Source of the DNA: an uncultured cyanobacterium
Lineage (GTDB): Bacteria; Cyanobacteriota; Cyanobacteriia; Cyanobacteriales; Nostocaceae
DNA: 64,000 nt
Direction of reading: 5' to 3'
Assembly: GCA_963706595.1 (NCBI GenBank)
Contig: OY970166.1
Span: forward strand, 4,352,001 to 4,416,000
Shown: positions 31,842 to 42,751 of the stretch, one piece after another
How positions within the stretch are numbered: the stretch's first letter is position 1
Layout of the letters: every line of letters starts with the position of its first letter
The notes under the pieces: model-generated
The model's input: the letters and a program-made list of their open reading frames with translations, nothing else
Databases searched by the model: none
Told to the model about the DNA's origin: nothing
Position numbers and translations under genes: made by a program

Positions 31842-33506
31842 TTGATGAAAAAATTTGGTAAATATTTAGGGTTAGGGCTACTATCTACGTTCCTGACTGC
31901 TACTCCTGGACTGGGGGCGGAACGAATTAGCTTTTTTTACCCTCCCTATGGTGAATTCTCCCTGAGTGTTGACTCTTTAGAAACATTTGCCAAGTCAGGC
32001 AAAATCACTGATGAATTTGCGTTTTACGCTAGCCGTGCTAATGCCCAGCAACTGGCTCAATTACGAGAACTACTTCAGCAGCAGTTTAATGTCACTCCTA
32101 CCCTAGTTTCTCAGGTGACTTACTCACCTATTGGCGAAGACCTCATACAACGTTTAGGAAGCTTAATTCGCACTGAATCTAAACAAAATGGCTTTTTTGC
32201 CCTCAGAGGTGCTTTGATATTAGCTGCGGCTGATTCAGAGGGTTTAACAGTGGTGAATTTTCTGCGTCAGTTTCCTTCCCGGACGATGCGGCTAAGTTTT
32301 ACAGAAGGGCTAAAGTTGGTCGATGATTTATTGCAAGTATTACAGAAAAGGGATGAGGTTGTGGCTTGGATTCAACAAGAAGCGATCGCTAGCACCGCAA
32401 AAGTTGCCAATCCTACCATTGACTGGTCTCAAATGCCAGATTTGCGATCGCCTGGTTCATTTACTTGGCAACGCCAGGAATTGATTCTCCGGGATAGGTC
32501 GCGAAATCGCATTATCCCAACGCATATTTATATCCCAGCAGCCACACCATTAACTAGCCCTGAAGATCCCTCAGCGCCCTTTCCCCTGATTGTGATTTCT
32601 CATGGTGTGGCTTCAGACCGTTCTTCTTTTGCTTATTTGGCGGAACATTTAGCATCCTACGGTTTTGCAGTGGCTGTATTAGAACATCCTGGGAGTAATG
32701 CTGAACGGGTTGAGCGTTATTTGACAGGTTTAGCTGGACCACTGGAAGCAAAAGAATTTATCAACCGACCTTTGGATGTTAAATTTCTCCTTGATGAACT
32801 TGAGTACAGGGCAAAATCAAATTCTGACCTTCAAGGAAAACTCAATCTTCAGCAAGTCGGGGCAATTGGCCATTCTTTTGGTGGTTACACTGTTTTAAGT
32901 TTAGCAGGGGCAAAGATTAATTTTGAGCAACTACAAAAAGACTGTGGTGACAATATTTCCTCTTTTAATTTGTCGCTGTTTTTGCAGTGTCAAGTGACTG
33001 AGTTAGCAGCACAAGATTACCAACTCCAAGATGAACGCATTAAAGCCGTATTGGCGATTAATCCCTTATCTAGCTCAATTTTTGGTGAAAGTGAGGTTAG
33101 TCACATTCAAGTGCCTGTGATGCTAGTTGCCAGTACTCAGGATATAGCTACTCCAGTTGTATCTGAACAGGTTCGCCCTTTCACTTGGCTGGCTACTCCG
33201 GATAAGTATTTGGTATTAATTGAAAACGCGACTCATTTTAGTGCGATCGCAGAACCAACTCCAGGTAATAATGTGTTACCCATACCACCCACCTTACTCG
33301 GACCGAACCCTACGCCGGCTTATGGTTATCTGAAGGCTTTGAATGTGGCTTTCTGGCAAACATACCTGCTTAACCGACCTGAATACGCCTCTTACTTGCA
33401 ACCATCTTATGCCCAATATCTGAGTCAAGCTCCCTTAAATCTCAGTTTATTACAGTCGTTATCAACAGACCAATTAAATCAAGCTTTGAAAGAATTAAAT
33501 CCCTAA
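31842..33506 (+). CDS. DUF1400 + alpha/beta hydrolase
   Basis: Signal peptide, AERISF, VISHG, GHSFGG nucleophile, ATHFS. Confidence 0.88.
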   Translation: MMKKFGKYLGLGLLSTFLTATPGLGAERISFFYPPYGEFSLSVDSLETFAKSGKITDEFAFYASRANAQQLAQLRELLQQQFNVTPTLVSQVTYSPIGEDLIQRLGSLIRTESKQNGFFALRGALILAAADSEGLTVVNFLRQFPSRTMRLSFTEGLKLVDDLLQVLQKRDEVVAWIQQEAIASTAKVANPTIDWSQMPDLRSPGSFTWQRQELILRDRSRNRIIPTHIYIPAATPLTSPEDPSAPFPLIVISHGVASDRSSFAYLAEHLASYGFAVAVLEHPGSNAERVERYLTGLAGPLEAKEFINRPLDVKFLLDELEYRAKSNSDLQGKLNLQQVGAIGHSFGGYTVLSLAGAKINFEQLQKDCGDNISSFNLSLFLQCQVTELAAQDYQLQDERIKAVLAINPLSSSIFGESEVSHIQVPVMLVASTQDIATPVVSEQVRPFTWLATPDKYLVLIENATHFSAIAEPTPGNNVLPIPPTLLGPNPTPAYGYLKALNVAFWQTYLLNRPEYASYLQPSYAQYLSQAPLNLSLLQSLSTDQLNQALKELNP

Positions 33507-33514
33507 TCTGTCTA

Positions 33515-33616
33515 TATAGCCATCCTATCTGATTTATGAATTTATCTAACCGCCAAGTCGCCAAGGTCGCCAAGTGAAGAAGTAAAGAGGTTCAGAAATG
33601 ATTTAGGACTGCTATA
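33515..33616. mobile_element. TA-flanked MITE-like element
   Basis: Ends TATAGCCATCCTA...TAGGACTGCTATA; core cgccaagtcgccaaggtcgccaag. Confidence 0.6.
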
Positions 33617-33731
33617 GTTGCGTTTGAGCGCCGCTTGATTTCTGCTAGGCGTACCCCAGGCGATCGCACATTTTTTCATTCCTCACTGTTACAAATGCTA
33701 AAATCCTCTCGTAAATAGTGAGGACACCTCA

Positions 33732-35171
33732 ATGGCAGTTGCTGCTAACTCCATTAAATTTGGTACAGATGGCTGGCGGGGCGTTATTGGTGATGAGTTC
33801 ACCTTTGAACGCCTCGCCCTAGTCGCGCCAGTTGCTGCACAAGTATTATATAATACATATTTTTCTACAGTTGGCAGCAAAACAATTATTGTCGGTTACG
33901 ACCGCCGCTTTATGGCGGAAGACTTTGCTCGTGCTGTGGCTGATTCGGTCACTGGTATCGGGTTTGATGTCTTACTCAGTGAAAGCTTTGCCCCAACTCC
34001 GGCTTTTAGTTGGGCGGCTAAAGACCTGAATGCTTTGGGGGCGTTAGTCATTACAGCCAGTCATAATCCTGGTACATATTTAGGTCTAAAAGTCAAGGGT
34101 TTCTTTGGTGGTTCAGTACCGCCAGAAGTGACACAAGAAATAGAAGCTTTATTATCTGCGGGTGTACCTGAACAAGTGGCTAACCCTGGGAAACAAGAGC
34201 CGTTTAATCCTTGGCCGAGTTATATCACAGCATTAAAAGCTAAGGTGAATATTACCAAGATTCAAGCAGCGATCGCCTCTGGTAAACTAACATTATTTGC
34301 TGATGTTATGCACGGTGCGGCGGCTGGGGGGTTAGGGAGATTGCTAGGTGATGGTGTCCAAGAAATTAACAGCGATCGCGATCCTTTATTTGAAGGTGGT
34401 GCGCCAGAACCTTTACCAAAATACCTGAGTCGTTTATTTTCGGTGATCAAAACTTACCGACAAACAGATAAATCAGGTTTAGCAGTGGGGTTGGTATTCG
34501 ATGGTGACTGCGATCGCATTGCCGCAGTGGATGGCAACGCTAACTTTTTAAGTTCCCAAATCTTAATTCCCATTTTAATCGATCACTTAACCCAAAGGCG
34601 CAACTTTAGCGGTGAAATCGTCAAAACTGTGAGTGGTTCTGATTTAATTCCCCGTGTCGCAGGATTGCATAACTTGTCACTTTTTGAAACCGCCGTCGGA
34701 TATAAATACATCGCCGATAGAATGTTAGTTGCAGATGTATTGTTAGGTGGGGAAGAATCGGGAGGAATCGGTTATGGTAGCCATATTCCTGAAAGAGATG
34801 CACTGCTATCAGCGCTGTATGTTCTAGAGGCGATTGTGGAATCTGAGTTAGACTTAAGCGATTATTATCATTCTTTGCAAGAAAAAACAAATTTCACCTC
34901 AGCTTATGATCGCATTGATTTACCCTTAGCAAATATGGCAGTGCGATCGCGTCTTTTAGAACAACTGCAAAGCCAACCATTAACAGAAATTGCCGGTAAA
35001 GCAGTAATTGATTGTCAAACCATCGACGGCTATAAATACCGCCTAGCTGACAACAGCTGGTTAATGATTCGGTTTAGCGGTACAGAACCAGTATTACGCT
35101 TGTATTGCGAAGCCCCAACCATCGAACAAGTGCATCAAACCCTAGCTTGGGCGAAAAATTGGGCAGAATAA
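33732..35171 (+). CDS. Phosphoglucomutase/phosphomannomutase
   Basis: FGTDGWRG, ITASHNP, FDGDCDR, GGEESGG, RFSGTEP. Confidence 0.95.
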   Translation: MAVAANSIKFGTDGWRGVIGDEFTFERLALVAPVAAQVLYNTYFSTVGSKTIIVGYDRRFMAEDFARAVADSVTGIGFDVLLSESFAPTPAFSWAAKDLNALGALVITASHNPGTYLGLKVKGFFGGSVPPEVTQEIEALLSAGVPEQVANPGKQEPFNPWPSYITALKAKVNITKIQAAIASGKLTLFADVMHGAAAGGLGRLLGDGVQEINSDRDPLFEGGAPEPLPKYLSRLFSVIKTYRQTDKSGLAVGLVFDGDCDRIAAVDGNANFLSSQILIPILIDHLTQRRNFSGEIVKTVSGSDLIPRVAGLHNLSLFETAVGYKYIADRMLVADVLLGGEESGGIGYGSHIPERDALLSALYVLEAIVESELDLSDYYHSLQEKTNFTSAYDRIDLPLANMAVRSRLLEQLQSQPLTEIAGKAVIDCQTIDGYKYRLADNSWLMIRFSGTEPVLRLYCEAPTIEQVHQTLAWAKNWAE

Positions 35172-35231
35172 GTTAAGAGTGCTGAGTGCTGAGTGGTAAG
35201 AAGAAATCTCACAGCCTTTTTAACTCAGCAC

Positions 35232-35281
35232 TACGAATTACGAATTACGAATTACGAATTACGAATTATGAATTATGAATA
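35232..35281 (+). repeat. STRR heptamer (TACGAAT/TATGAAT)n
   Basis: About 7 tandem copies running into the rdgB start codon. Confidence 0.8.
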
Positions 35282-35862
35282 AAATACTCGTAGTAGCTAC
35301 CGGAAATCCCGGCAAATTACCGGAATTACAAGCTTATTTAGCTGATTGTGGTTGGGAATTAACTCTCAAACCAGCAGAATTAGATGTTGAAGAAACAGGC
35401 GCAACCTTTGCCGCGAATGCTTGTTTGAAAGCTTCCCAAGTGGCTCAAGCTACAGGACAATGGGCGATCGCCGATGATTCTGGTTTACAAGTAGATGCCC
35501 TGAATGGCGCACCAGGGATATATTCAGCACGTTACGGAAACAGCGACTCAGAACGGATTGCGAGGCTATTGCGGGAATTAGGTAACGCCGTCAATCGCCA
35601 AGCACAATTTGTCTGTGCCGTGGCGATCGCACGTCCTGATGGTACAATAGCTTTAGAATCAGAAGGCTTATGTCGCGGCGAAATTCTTCATGCACCCCGT
35701 GGCGAAGGTGGTTTCGGTTATGATCCTATATTTTACGTCCCAGAAAAACAATTGACTTTTGCCGAAATGTCACGGGAGTTGAAAAGGTCAATTAGCCATC
35801 GAGGTAAAGCTTTAGAGGCTTTAGTTCCTCAGTTAGCAACAGTCAATATTGATGTGAAGTGA
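35275..35862 (+). CDS. rdgB: Non-canonical purine NTP pyrophosphatase (RdgB/HAM1)
   Basis: ATGNPGK, ADDSGL, PGIYSAR, GFGYDP, SHRGKA. Confidence 0.95.
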   Translation: MNKILVVATGNPGKLPELQAYLADCGWELTLKPAELDVEETGATFAANACLKASQVAQATGQWAIADDSGLQVDALNGAPGIYSARYGNSDSERIARLLRELGNAVNRQAQFVCAVAIARPDGTIALESEGLCRGEILHAPRGEGGFGYDPIFYVPEKQLTFAEMSRELKRSISHRGKALEALVPQLATVNIDVK

Positions 35863-35899
35863 TAAAATATTGTAGTCATTGCTCTAATCCCCGCTCTAG

Positions 35900-36391
35900 A
35901 TGAACAAAGCACTGAATGAAGCGCTTTCAATTGAAATTGCCCAAAGCATAAAAAGCAAAGCTAATCAGCCATTTAATAATGCTTATAAAGCAGTATTAGC
36001 AACAGAGAAAGCCAAGTATGTACAGGGATTTTTAGCTGCTGCCCAAATGCCATACGAACCAATTGAACATGGTTGGATAGAATTAAGCAATGCTGATGTC
36101 AATGAGTCTGTTATCAGTATTATTGATCCGACTTTACCACACTTGCACAAAAACCCCCAAGAACTTTGGTATTTCGCCGCCCAAAGCTTTAGTATCAAGC
36201 AACTGAAAGCGATTATGGAAGAATCAAAAGAAGATTATCCAGAAGACGATCCATTACCAATCTATGGTGATGCACCTTATGAATATTACGGTGATGTCAT
36301 GTTGGGTGGACAAGAATATTTAGCAGCTTATCAGGCGGCAGAGATTAAGTGCAAAGAACTCAAACAATTACACGCCATGAGCAAGGAATGA
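35900..36391 (+). CDS. Hypothetical protein
   Basis: 163 aa ORF in operon context; PIEHGWIE..IIDPT motif. Confidence 0.7.
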   Translation: MNKALNEALSIEIAQSIKSKANQPFNNAYKAVLATEKAKYVQGFLAAAQMPYEPIEHGWIELSNADVNESVISIIDPTLPHLHKNPQELWYFAAQSFSIKQLKAIMEESKEDYPEDDPLPIYGDAPYEYYGDVMLGGQEYLAAYQAAEIKCKELKQLHAMSKE

Positions 36392-36440
36392 GGATTAAGT
36401 GTCAAAATAAAGAAATATTAAACTGCATTAAAAAAACTGC

Positions 36441-37121
36441 ATGAGTCAAACTGCCTTAAATTTAGTGGCAATATCTATATTTCTGATGACCTTCTCAGTG
36501 CTGTTGGGGCCATTAATTCATTTGTCCCCAGCCGTACCAGCATTAGCTACCTTCGCTCTTTTGGGAATAGCCACTTTCGATAATTTCAGTTTGCAAGGTC
36601 AGGGAGGTACTATAATATTAGACTGGATTGCTGGTTTTTCTCCTAAACACCGCGATCGCATTATCCACCACGAAGCCGCTCATTTTCTCACCGCCCATCT
36701 GCTGGATATTCCTGTAACTGGCTATACACTCAGTGCTTGGTCAGCTTGGAAACAAGGGCAACCCGGACAAGGTGGTGTGAGTTTTGATGATGGTGAATTA
36801 GCCACTCAATTAGAACGGGGGACAATCAGCGCCCAAATCATCGACAGATATTGTACAGTTTGGATGGCGGGTATTGTGGCAGAAACTTTAGTGTTTAATC
36901 ATGCCCAAGGTGGGGCTGATGATCAAAGCAAACTAGCTGGAGTCTTAGCAGGTTTAGGTTTTTCCCCATCAGATTCCGAACAGAAACAACGGTTTCATAT
37001 TCTGCAAGCCAAAAATTTACTGCAAGAAAATTGGTCAAGTTACGAAGCTTTAGTCAAATCCATGCAACAACGCGCCTCTGTAATCGATTGTCAGCGTGTG
37101 ATTGATGATGCTGCTGCATGA
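36441..37121 (+). CDS. Membrane M41-like Zn protease domain protein lacking an AAA domain
   Basis: Two TM segments, HEAAH zinc motif, MAGIVAE, GGADD. Confidence 0.8.
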   Translation: MSQTALNLVAISIFLMTFSVLLGPLIHLSPAVPALATFALLGIATFDNFSLQGQGGTIILDWIAGFSPKHRDRIIHHEAAHFLTAHLLDIPVTGYTLSAWSAWKQGQPGQGGVSFDDGELATQLERGTISAQIIDRYCTVWMAGIVAETLVFNHAQGGADDQSKLAGVLAGLGFSPSDSEQKQRFHILQAKNLLQENWSSYEALVKSMQQRASVIDCQRVIDDAAA

Positions 37122-37128
37122 ACCCCTT

Positions 37129-37362
37129 GTAGAGACGCGATTCATCGCGTCTGTCTGTCCTGTCCGATTGATTCATCGCATCTGTCTGTCCTGTCTGTCC
37201 GATTGATTCATCGCATCTGTCTGTCCTGTCTGTCCGATTGATTCATCGCGTCTGTCTGTCCTGTCCGATTGATTCATCGCATCTGTCTGTCCTGTCTGTC
37301 CGATTGATTCATCGCGTCTGTCTGTCCTGTCCGATTGATTCATCGCGTCTGTCGCGTCTCTA
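37129..37362. repeat. Tandem 31/35-bp repeat expanded inside a GTAG-REP
   Basis: Six full units GATTCATCGC(G/A)TCTGTCTGTCCTGT(CTGT)CCGATT plus a partial one, bounded by GTAGAGACGCGA...TCGCGTCTCTA. Confidence 0.9.
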
Positions 37363-37372
37363 TTCAGTTTAT

Positions 37373-38398
37373 TCATGAAGAAACTGCTTTGAGATGGGAA
37401 ACAGAAGAAGAATAGTCACGCCCCACAGCTTGATTACGTCCAGTAGCTTTAGCTTGCAACAAATATTGATCCGCACGATACAGCAAGTTTAACCCATGAA
37501 CATCATCTTTTGTTTGCAGACTAGCAACACCTAAGCTAATGGTCATATTAATAACTATTTTTCTGTTGATTTTAAACGGTTCCTCGCCAATAATGCGGTT
37601 GAGACGCTTTGCTACCAGAATTGCTTCCTGGCCATTGGTGTTCGGTAAAACCACCACGAATTCCTCTCCACCATAACGGAAGGGAGTATCTTGAAACCGC
37701 AGATTATGCCGCAGACGTTCACATAGTAATTGTAAGAGGCGATCGCCAACTAAATGCCCATAGGTATCGTTAACTTTTTTAAAATAGTCAATATCTAAAA
37801 TAATTAAACTTAAGGGAGTTCCTTCAGTCCGCGCTTGGATGATTTTCCTCGGTAATTCCCATTCCAAAGCCCGTCGATTATTGATATCTGTCAACGCATC
37901 AGCTAAAGCGAACCCTGACAATAAATCATTTGTCCGCAGCAAATCACGGTATTTCTGCGCCTTCCGCACACCCACCATCACTTGAGCTAGCAATAAGCTA
38001 TGATGTGCGGTGATAGGCGTGATGGTTCTGTCTATTTTTGTCTCAGCAAATTGCCAAACATAAGCATCAGCCCCTTGTCTGAGTGCATTTGCCGTCATTT
38101 CTAGTTCCCATTCCCAGTCATGCTGATTTCTATCAACTAAATGTTGGGGACAATCTTCGACCAGGATACAGTATATCCATGATAACTCAGTCTGGATTTT
38201 CAACCAACGGCACAGTTCCATACTGTCAGGCATACTCGCTTGTGCAAGTATGACATCCGGCAGAGCAATTTGAATGTGCGATAGTGCCTGATTAATATCT
38301 GTGATAATTGTTACCTTAAAATCAGTGGCATCAAGGATATGATGGGGAAGTGTCGCGAGAAAGTTTTCACTTCCAAAGACCAAAATAGAAATTTTCAT
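37373..38398 (-). CDS. Diguanylate cyclase with degenerate receiver domain
   Basis: DIDYFKKVNDTYGHLVGD, RFQD I-site, RYGGEEF. Confidence 0.9.
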   Translation of the reverse strand: MKISILVFGSENFLATLPHHILDATDFKVTIITDINQALSHIQIALPDVILAQASMPDSMELCRWLKIQTELSWIYCILVEDCPQHLVDRNQHDWEWELEMTANALRQGADAYVWQFAETKIDRTITPITAHHSLLLAQVMVGVRKAQKYRDLLRTNDLLSGFALADALTDINNRRALEWELPRKIIQARTEGTPLSLIILDIDYFKKVNDTYGHLVGDRLLQLLCERLRHNLRFQDTPFRYGGEEFVVVLPNTNGQEAILVAKRLNRIIGEEPFKINRKIVINMTISLGVASLQTKDDVHGLNLLYRADQYLLQAKATGRNQAVGRDYSSSVSHLKAVSS

Positions 38399-38819
38399 TC
38401 CTGTGCTTTTAAAGGATTTAAAACTAAAGTTTACTGCTTTTTTGGTGAATAATAAATATCACCGGATTACGGCATATTTGGAAATTTCTTCCAAAGTATT
38501 AGTTTGATTTGCCAGAATGAGTGCTTTTAAAAAAGATATAGTCAAAAAATTGGTATTTAGCTGAATTTTAAAAGAAGCAATCTTTTTTATTAACAATATT
38601 AATAGAATACAAAGTTTCATCTTATTTCGTAAAAATCCAGTAACTTTTTGCATAAAAAATATATAAAACTTAGCATTTACAGTAATAAAGCAGCTCTAAA
38701 CCCCTAGATTTAGATGGGGGATCAATCCAAAATTCCAAATCTAAAATTCACATTTTTTTGACTTTTTCGTAGCAGTAATAGTTTCACCTGTGATTTTTGG
38801 AGAAAATTGCCGATGATCA

Positions 38820-39020
38820 TCAATAGCCTTCAATGTGAAAACCAGCAGCAACAATTACCTGTTTAATTGATTCCTCAGCCGCAGAAGATTCCACCGTGAC
38901 AGTTTTATCTTGCACATTTACATCTACTAAAGCATGAGGTTCCATCACATGAATAGATTCAATGATTTTTTCTGCACAATTATCACAAGCAATATCTGTA
39001 ACTTTTAGTTTTAGTGCCAT
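38820..39020 (-). CDS. Heavy-metal-associated (HMA) chaperone-like protein
   Basis: MALKLKVTDIACDNCAE with CxxC; GAGG RBS before ATG 39020. Confidence 0.85.
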   Translation of the reverse strand: MALKLKVTDIACDNCAEKIIESIHVMEPHALVDVNVQDKTVTVESSAAEESIKQVIVAAGFHIEGY

Positions 39021-39207
39021 GACTGACCTCGGTATATGAATTTTATTTTTGCTGATTGAACCAATAATATAGATGCAGATAGCGATGGGCAAAGCCCCAC
39101 CTCCGGCGATAGCGTTCGCGGAGCGTGTGCTTTACACTCAGCGCTGCTGCAAGCAGATCGCACATCTAACTAAAGTTAGGTAATGGGGGAATTTACAGAT
39201 AGATAAG

Positions 39208-39358
39208 TATAGGAATCCGATTTGATTATTGAAAAATCTAAGTATATGTAGGGTGTGTTATGGCTTTAGCCTAACGCATCCAGACCTGGAAGACGGTGCG
39301 TTACACTTCGTGATCACACACCCTACTGGTGTTTCATAAATCAAATATGAGTCCTATA
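39208..39358. mobile_element. TA-flanked MITE with GTAG-REP core
   Basis: Ends TATAGGAATCCGATTTGAT...ATCAAATATGAGTCCTATA; one end matches about 17630-17678 in reverse orientation. Confidence 0.7.
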
Positions 39359-39593
39359 TACAATGGCTGCAATAACCCCCCACGGGCAAAAAGGGCTGGC
39401 AGGAAACTCAAACAAAATGCCAAAATATAAATACAGCAGCTTTCATTGAGATAAATTAAAGAGTTATCTGTGTTTATCTGTGTCCATCTGTGGTTGATTC
39501 TTCATTGATATCCCAACTTATGGCATAGAGTCCCTATCCTGGGGCATACTTTTTCTGTAAAAACGACTATTATTGAAACTAATTTTGCAACTC

Positions 39594-42235
39594 ATGCCTA
39601 AAAATCCCCAAAAACTGAGCGGTAATGCAATTCGCGACATATTTCTGAACTTCTTCGCCGAAAGAGGACACCAAATACTCCCCAGCGCTTCCCTCGTCCC
39701 GGAAGATCCCACCGTGCTGCTGACAATTGCGGGGATGCTACCATTTAAACCGATATTCCTGGGACAACGCACAGCAGAATTTAATCGCGCTACCACATCG
39801 CAAAAGTGCATCCGTACCAATGACATCGAAAACGTGGGACGCACCAAACGCCATCATACATTTTTTGAGATGTTGGGTAACTTCAGCTTTGGGGATTATT
39901 TTAAACCACAAGCGATCGCCTGGGGCTGGGAATTATCAACTCAAGTTTTCGGCTTACCACCAGAAAAGCTAGTTGTCAGCGTCTTTGAAGATGATGATGA
40001 AGCTTATAATATTTGGCGCGATGACATCGGCGTACCCGAAGCTAGAATTAAGCGCATGGGCGAAGACGATAACTTTTGGGTATCTGGACACACAGGCCCT
40101 TGTGGTCCTGTTCCGAAATTTATTATGATTTTCACCCAGAATTGGGAGATGAAAACATTGATTTAGAAGACGATACCCGGTTTATCGAGTTTTATAACCT
40201 GGTATTCATGCAATATAACCGGGATGCTGAAGGTAATTTAACACCTCTGCAAAACAAAAACATCGACACCGGCATGGGTTTGGAAAGGATGGCGCAAATC
40301 CTCCAACAAGTCCCGAATAACTACGAAACTGACTTAATTTTCCCGATTATCGAGACAGCAGCCGAAATTGCCGGCATTGATTACCACAAAAGCGACGAAA
40401 CCACCAAAGTTTCCTTAAAAGTTATTGGTGATCATGTCCGTTCTGTGGTACAAATGATCGCCGATGAAATTCGCGCCTCCAATGTGGGACGGGGTTATGT
40501 GCTGCGGCGCTTAATTCGGCGGGTGGTTCGTCATGGGCGATTATTGGGAATTAACAGTGAATTTATTACCCAAGTTGCGGAAACTGCAATTTCCCTCTCA
40601 GAATCAGCTTACCCCAATGTCCGGCAACGGGAAGCAGCAATTAAAGCTGAGTTGCAACGGGAAGAAGCCAATTTCCTCAGAACTTTGGATAGAGGCGAGA
40701 AACTTTTAGAGGAAATCATCCAAGAGGTGAAACAGGAAGGCCAAACCTCTATTAGCGGTGAAAGTGCCTTTACTTTATACGATACCTTTGGTTTCCCCCT
40801 GGAACTGACTCAAGAAATCGCCGAGGAAAATCAGTTAACTGTGGATGAAGCGGGATTTAACGCCGAAATGCAAAAGCAGGTAGAACGTGCCAAAGCTGCC
40901 CACGAAACCATTGATTTAACTGTGCAAGGTTCTCTGGATAAGTTAGCCGAACACATCCAGGCGACGGAATTTATCGGTTATACTCAACCTGCGGGGACTG
41001 CAAATGTTGAAGCCATATTAATAGATGGCATTGCCCAAGAGGAAGCAGAAGCCGGGACAGAAATTCAAATTGTGATCAATCAAACCCCATTTTATGCCGA
41101 GTCTGGGGGACAAATTGGGGATAAAGGTTATATCTCCGGTGATGGTGTGGTGGTGCGTGTGGAAGATGTGAAAAGAGAATCTGACTTTTTTATCCACTTT
41201 GGACGCATCGAACGCGGTACAATCCGAGTAGGAGATTCTGTGACTGCTCAAATTGATCGGGCTTGTCGTCGTCGCGCTGAAGCTAATCATACTGCAACGC
41301 ACCTATTGCAAGCGGCGTTAAAGAAACTTGTGGATGATAGTATATCTCAAGCCGGTTCCCTGGTTTCCTTTGATAGATTGCGGTTTGACTTTAACTGTCC
41401 CCGTGGTTTGACAGCAGCAGAAGTGGAACAAGTGGAAGCCCAGGTAAATACTTGGATTGCGGAAGCACATACTGCAAACATAGAAGTATTACCTATAGCC
41501 GAGGCTAAGGCTAGGGGTGCTGTGGCGATGTTTGGGGAAAAATACGGTGAAGAAGTGCGGGTGATTGATTTTCCTAGCGTGTCAATGGAACTCTGCGGTG
41601 GAACTCACGTAAGTAATACTGCGGAAATTGGCATCTTTAAGATTATCTCTGAGGCGGGTGTGGCTTCTGGGGTGCGACGCATTGAGGCTGTATCTGGCCC
41701 GGCAATCTTGGATTATCTCAATGTTCGCGATAAAGTAGTTAAGGATTTAAGCGATCGCTTTAAAGTTAAACCCGAAGAATTACCAGAGAGAATCACCACT
41801 CTGCAAACTGAACTGAGAAATAGTGAGAAACAATTAGCCACACTGAAATCACAATTGGCGATCGCAAAATCAGACAGTTTGCTGCAAACAGTGGAATCTG
41901 TAGGCGAGTATCAAATTTTGGTGGCGCAAATGGAAGACGTTGACCCGGAATCATTGAAAACTGCGGCGGAAAGGTTACTGCAAAAAATCGGTAACGGTGC
42001 AGTGGTGCTGGGTTCGGTTCCGGAAGCTGGGAAGGTGAGTATAGTTGCAGCCTTCAGTGCAGAGGTGAATAAAAAGGGACTACAAGCGGGTAAATTTGTC
42101 GGTGCTGTAGCGAAGATTTGCGGCGGTGGCGGTGGTGGGAGACCGAATTTAGCCCAAGCCGGCGGACGTGATGCGAGTAAGTTACCAGAAGCGTTAGCAA
42201 AGGCGCAGAGTGATTTGCAGTCAGCACTGAGTTAA
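39594..42235 (+). CDS. alaS: Alanine--tRNA ligase (single-base frameshift at about 40107-40109 in this sequence)
   Basis: [21 protein letters not shown] split across two frames, [38 protein letters not shown]. Confidence 0.97.
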
Positions 42236-42281
42236 TTATCTTCTCTTGTGGGGCAGGCATCTTGCCTGCCATAATTTTTTA

Positions 42282-42431
42282 CGAATTTAGCCCAAGCCGG
42301 CGGACGCGATGCGAGTAAGTTACCAGAGGCATTAGCTAAGGCGCACAGTGATTTACAGTCAGCACTGAGTTAATTACCTTCTCTTGTGGGGCAGGCATAC
42401 TTCGACAAGCTCAGTACAAGTCTTGCCTGCC
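42282..42431 (+). repeat. Diverged direct duplicate of the alaS 3' end and downstream hairpin (copy of 42144-42270)
   Basis: Aligns at +138 offset with mostly third-position changes and an extra ACTTCGACAAGCTCAGTACAAGT insert. Confidence 0.9.
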
Positions 42432-42511
42432 TTTGATATTTTTAAGTTGATTACTCATCAGGAAAAAATATTCCCTCACCTTGACATCGCACTACAATTT
42501 AAGAAACGATC

Positions 42512-42751
42512 ATGATAGCTACCGACATGGTATCAATTCCAATCACCTTGGAACAACTCATTACGGCGGTACAACAGTTGCAGCCAGATGAACGGGCAAA
42601 AGTCGCCAAAGCCTTGATTCAACTAGATTTACGTTCAGATTTGACGGCTTTAATTCAAGAACTTTATGCTGAACCCCCAGTTGATGATATTACAGACGAT
42701 GACATCATGGCTGAAATTAAAGCTGTGCGTCAGGAATCCCAGCCGATATGA
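42512..42751 (+). CDS. Putative antitoxin
   Basis: 79 aa acidic ORF overlapping (ATGA) the downstream PIN gene. Confidence 0.7.
   Translation: MIATDMVSIPITLEQLITAVQQLQPDERAKVAKALIQLDLRSDLTALIQELYAEPPVDDITDDDIMAEIKAVRQESQPI

Noticed and set aside
37139..37350. Possible CRISPR array (31-35 bp periodicity)
   Set aside because: No unique spacers; whole units repeat and derive from a REP; no cas genes in the window
37173..37376. 67-aa repetitive ORF
   Set aside because: Translation of the tandem repeat; no independent coding evidence
39573..42235. alaS as a naturally split gene or programmed frameshift
   Set aside because: No slippery heptamer; the break is inside a conserved motif; the same one-base-loss pattern occurs in four other genes
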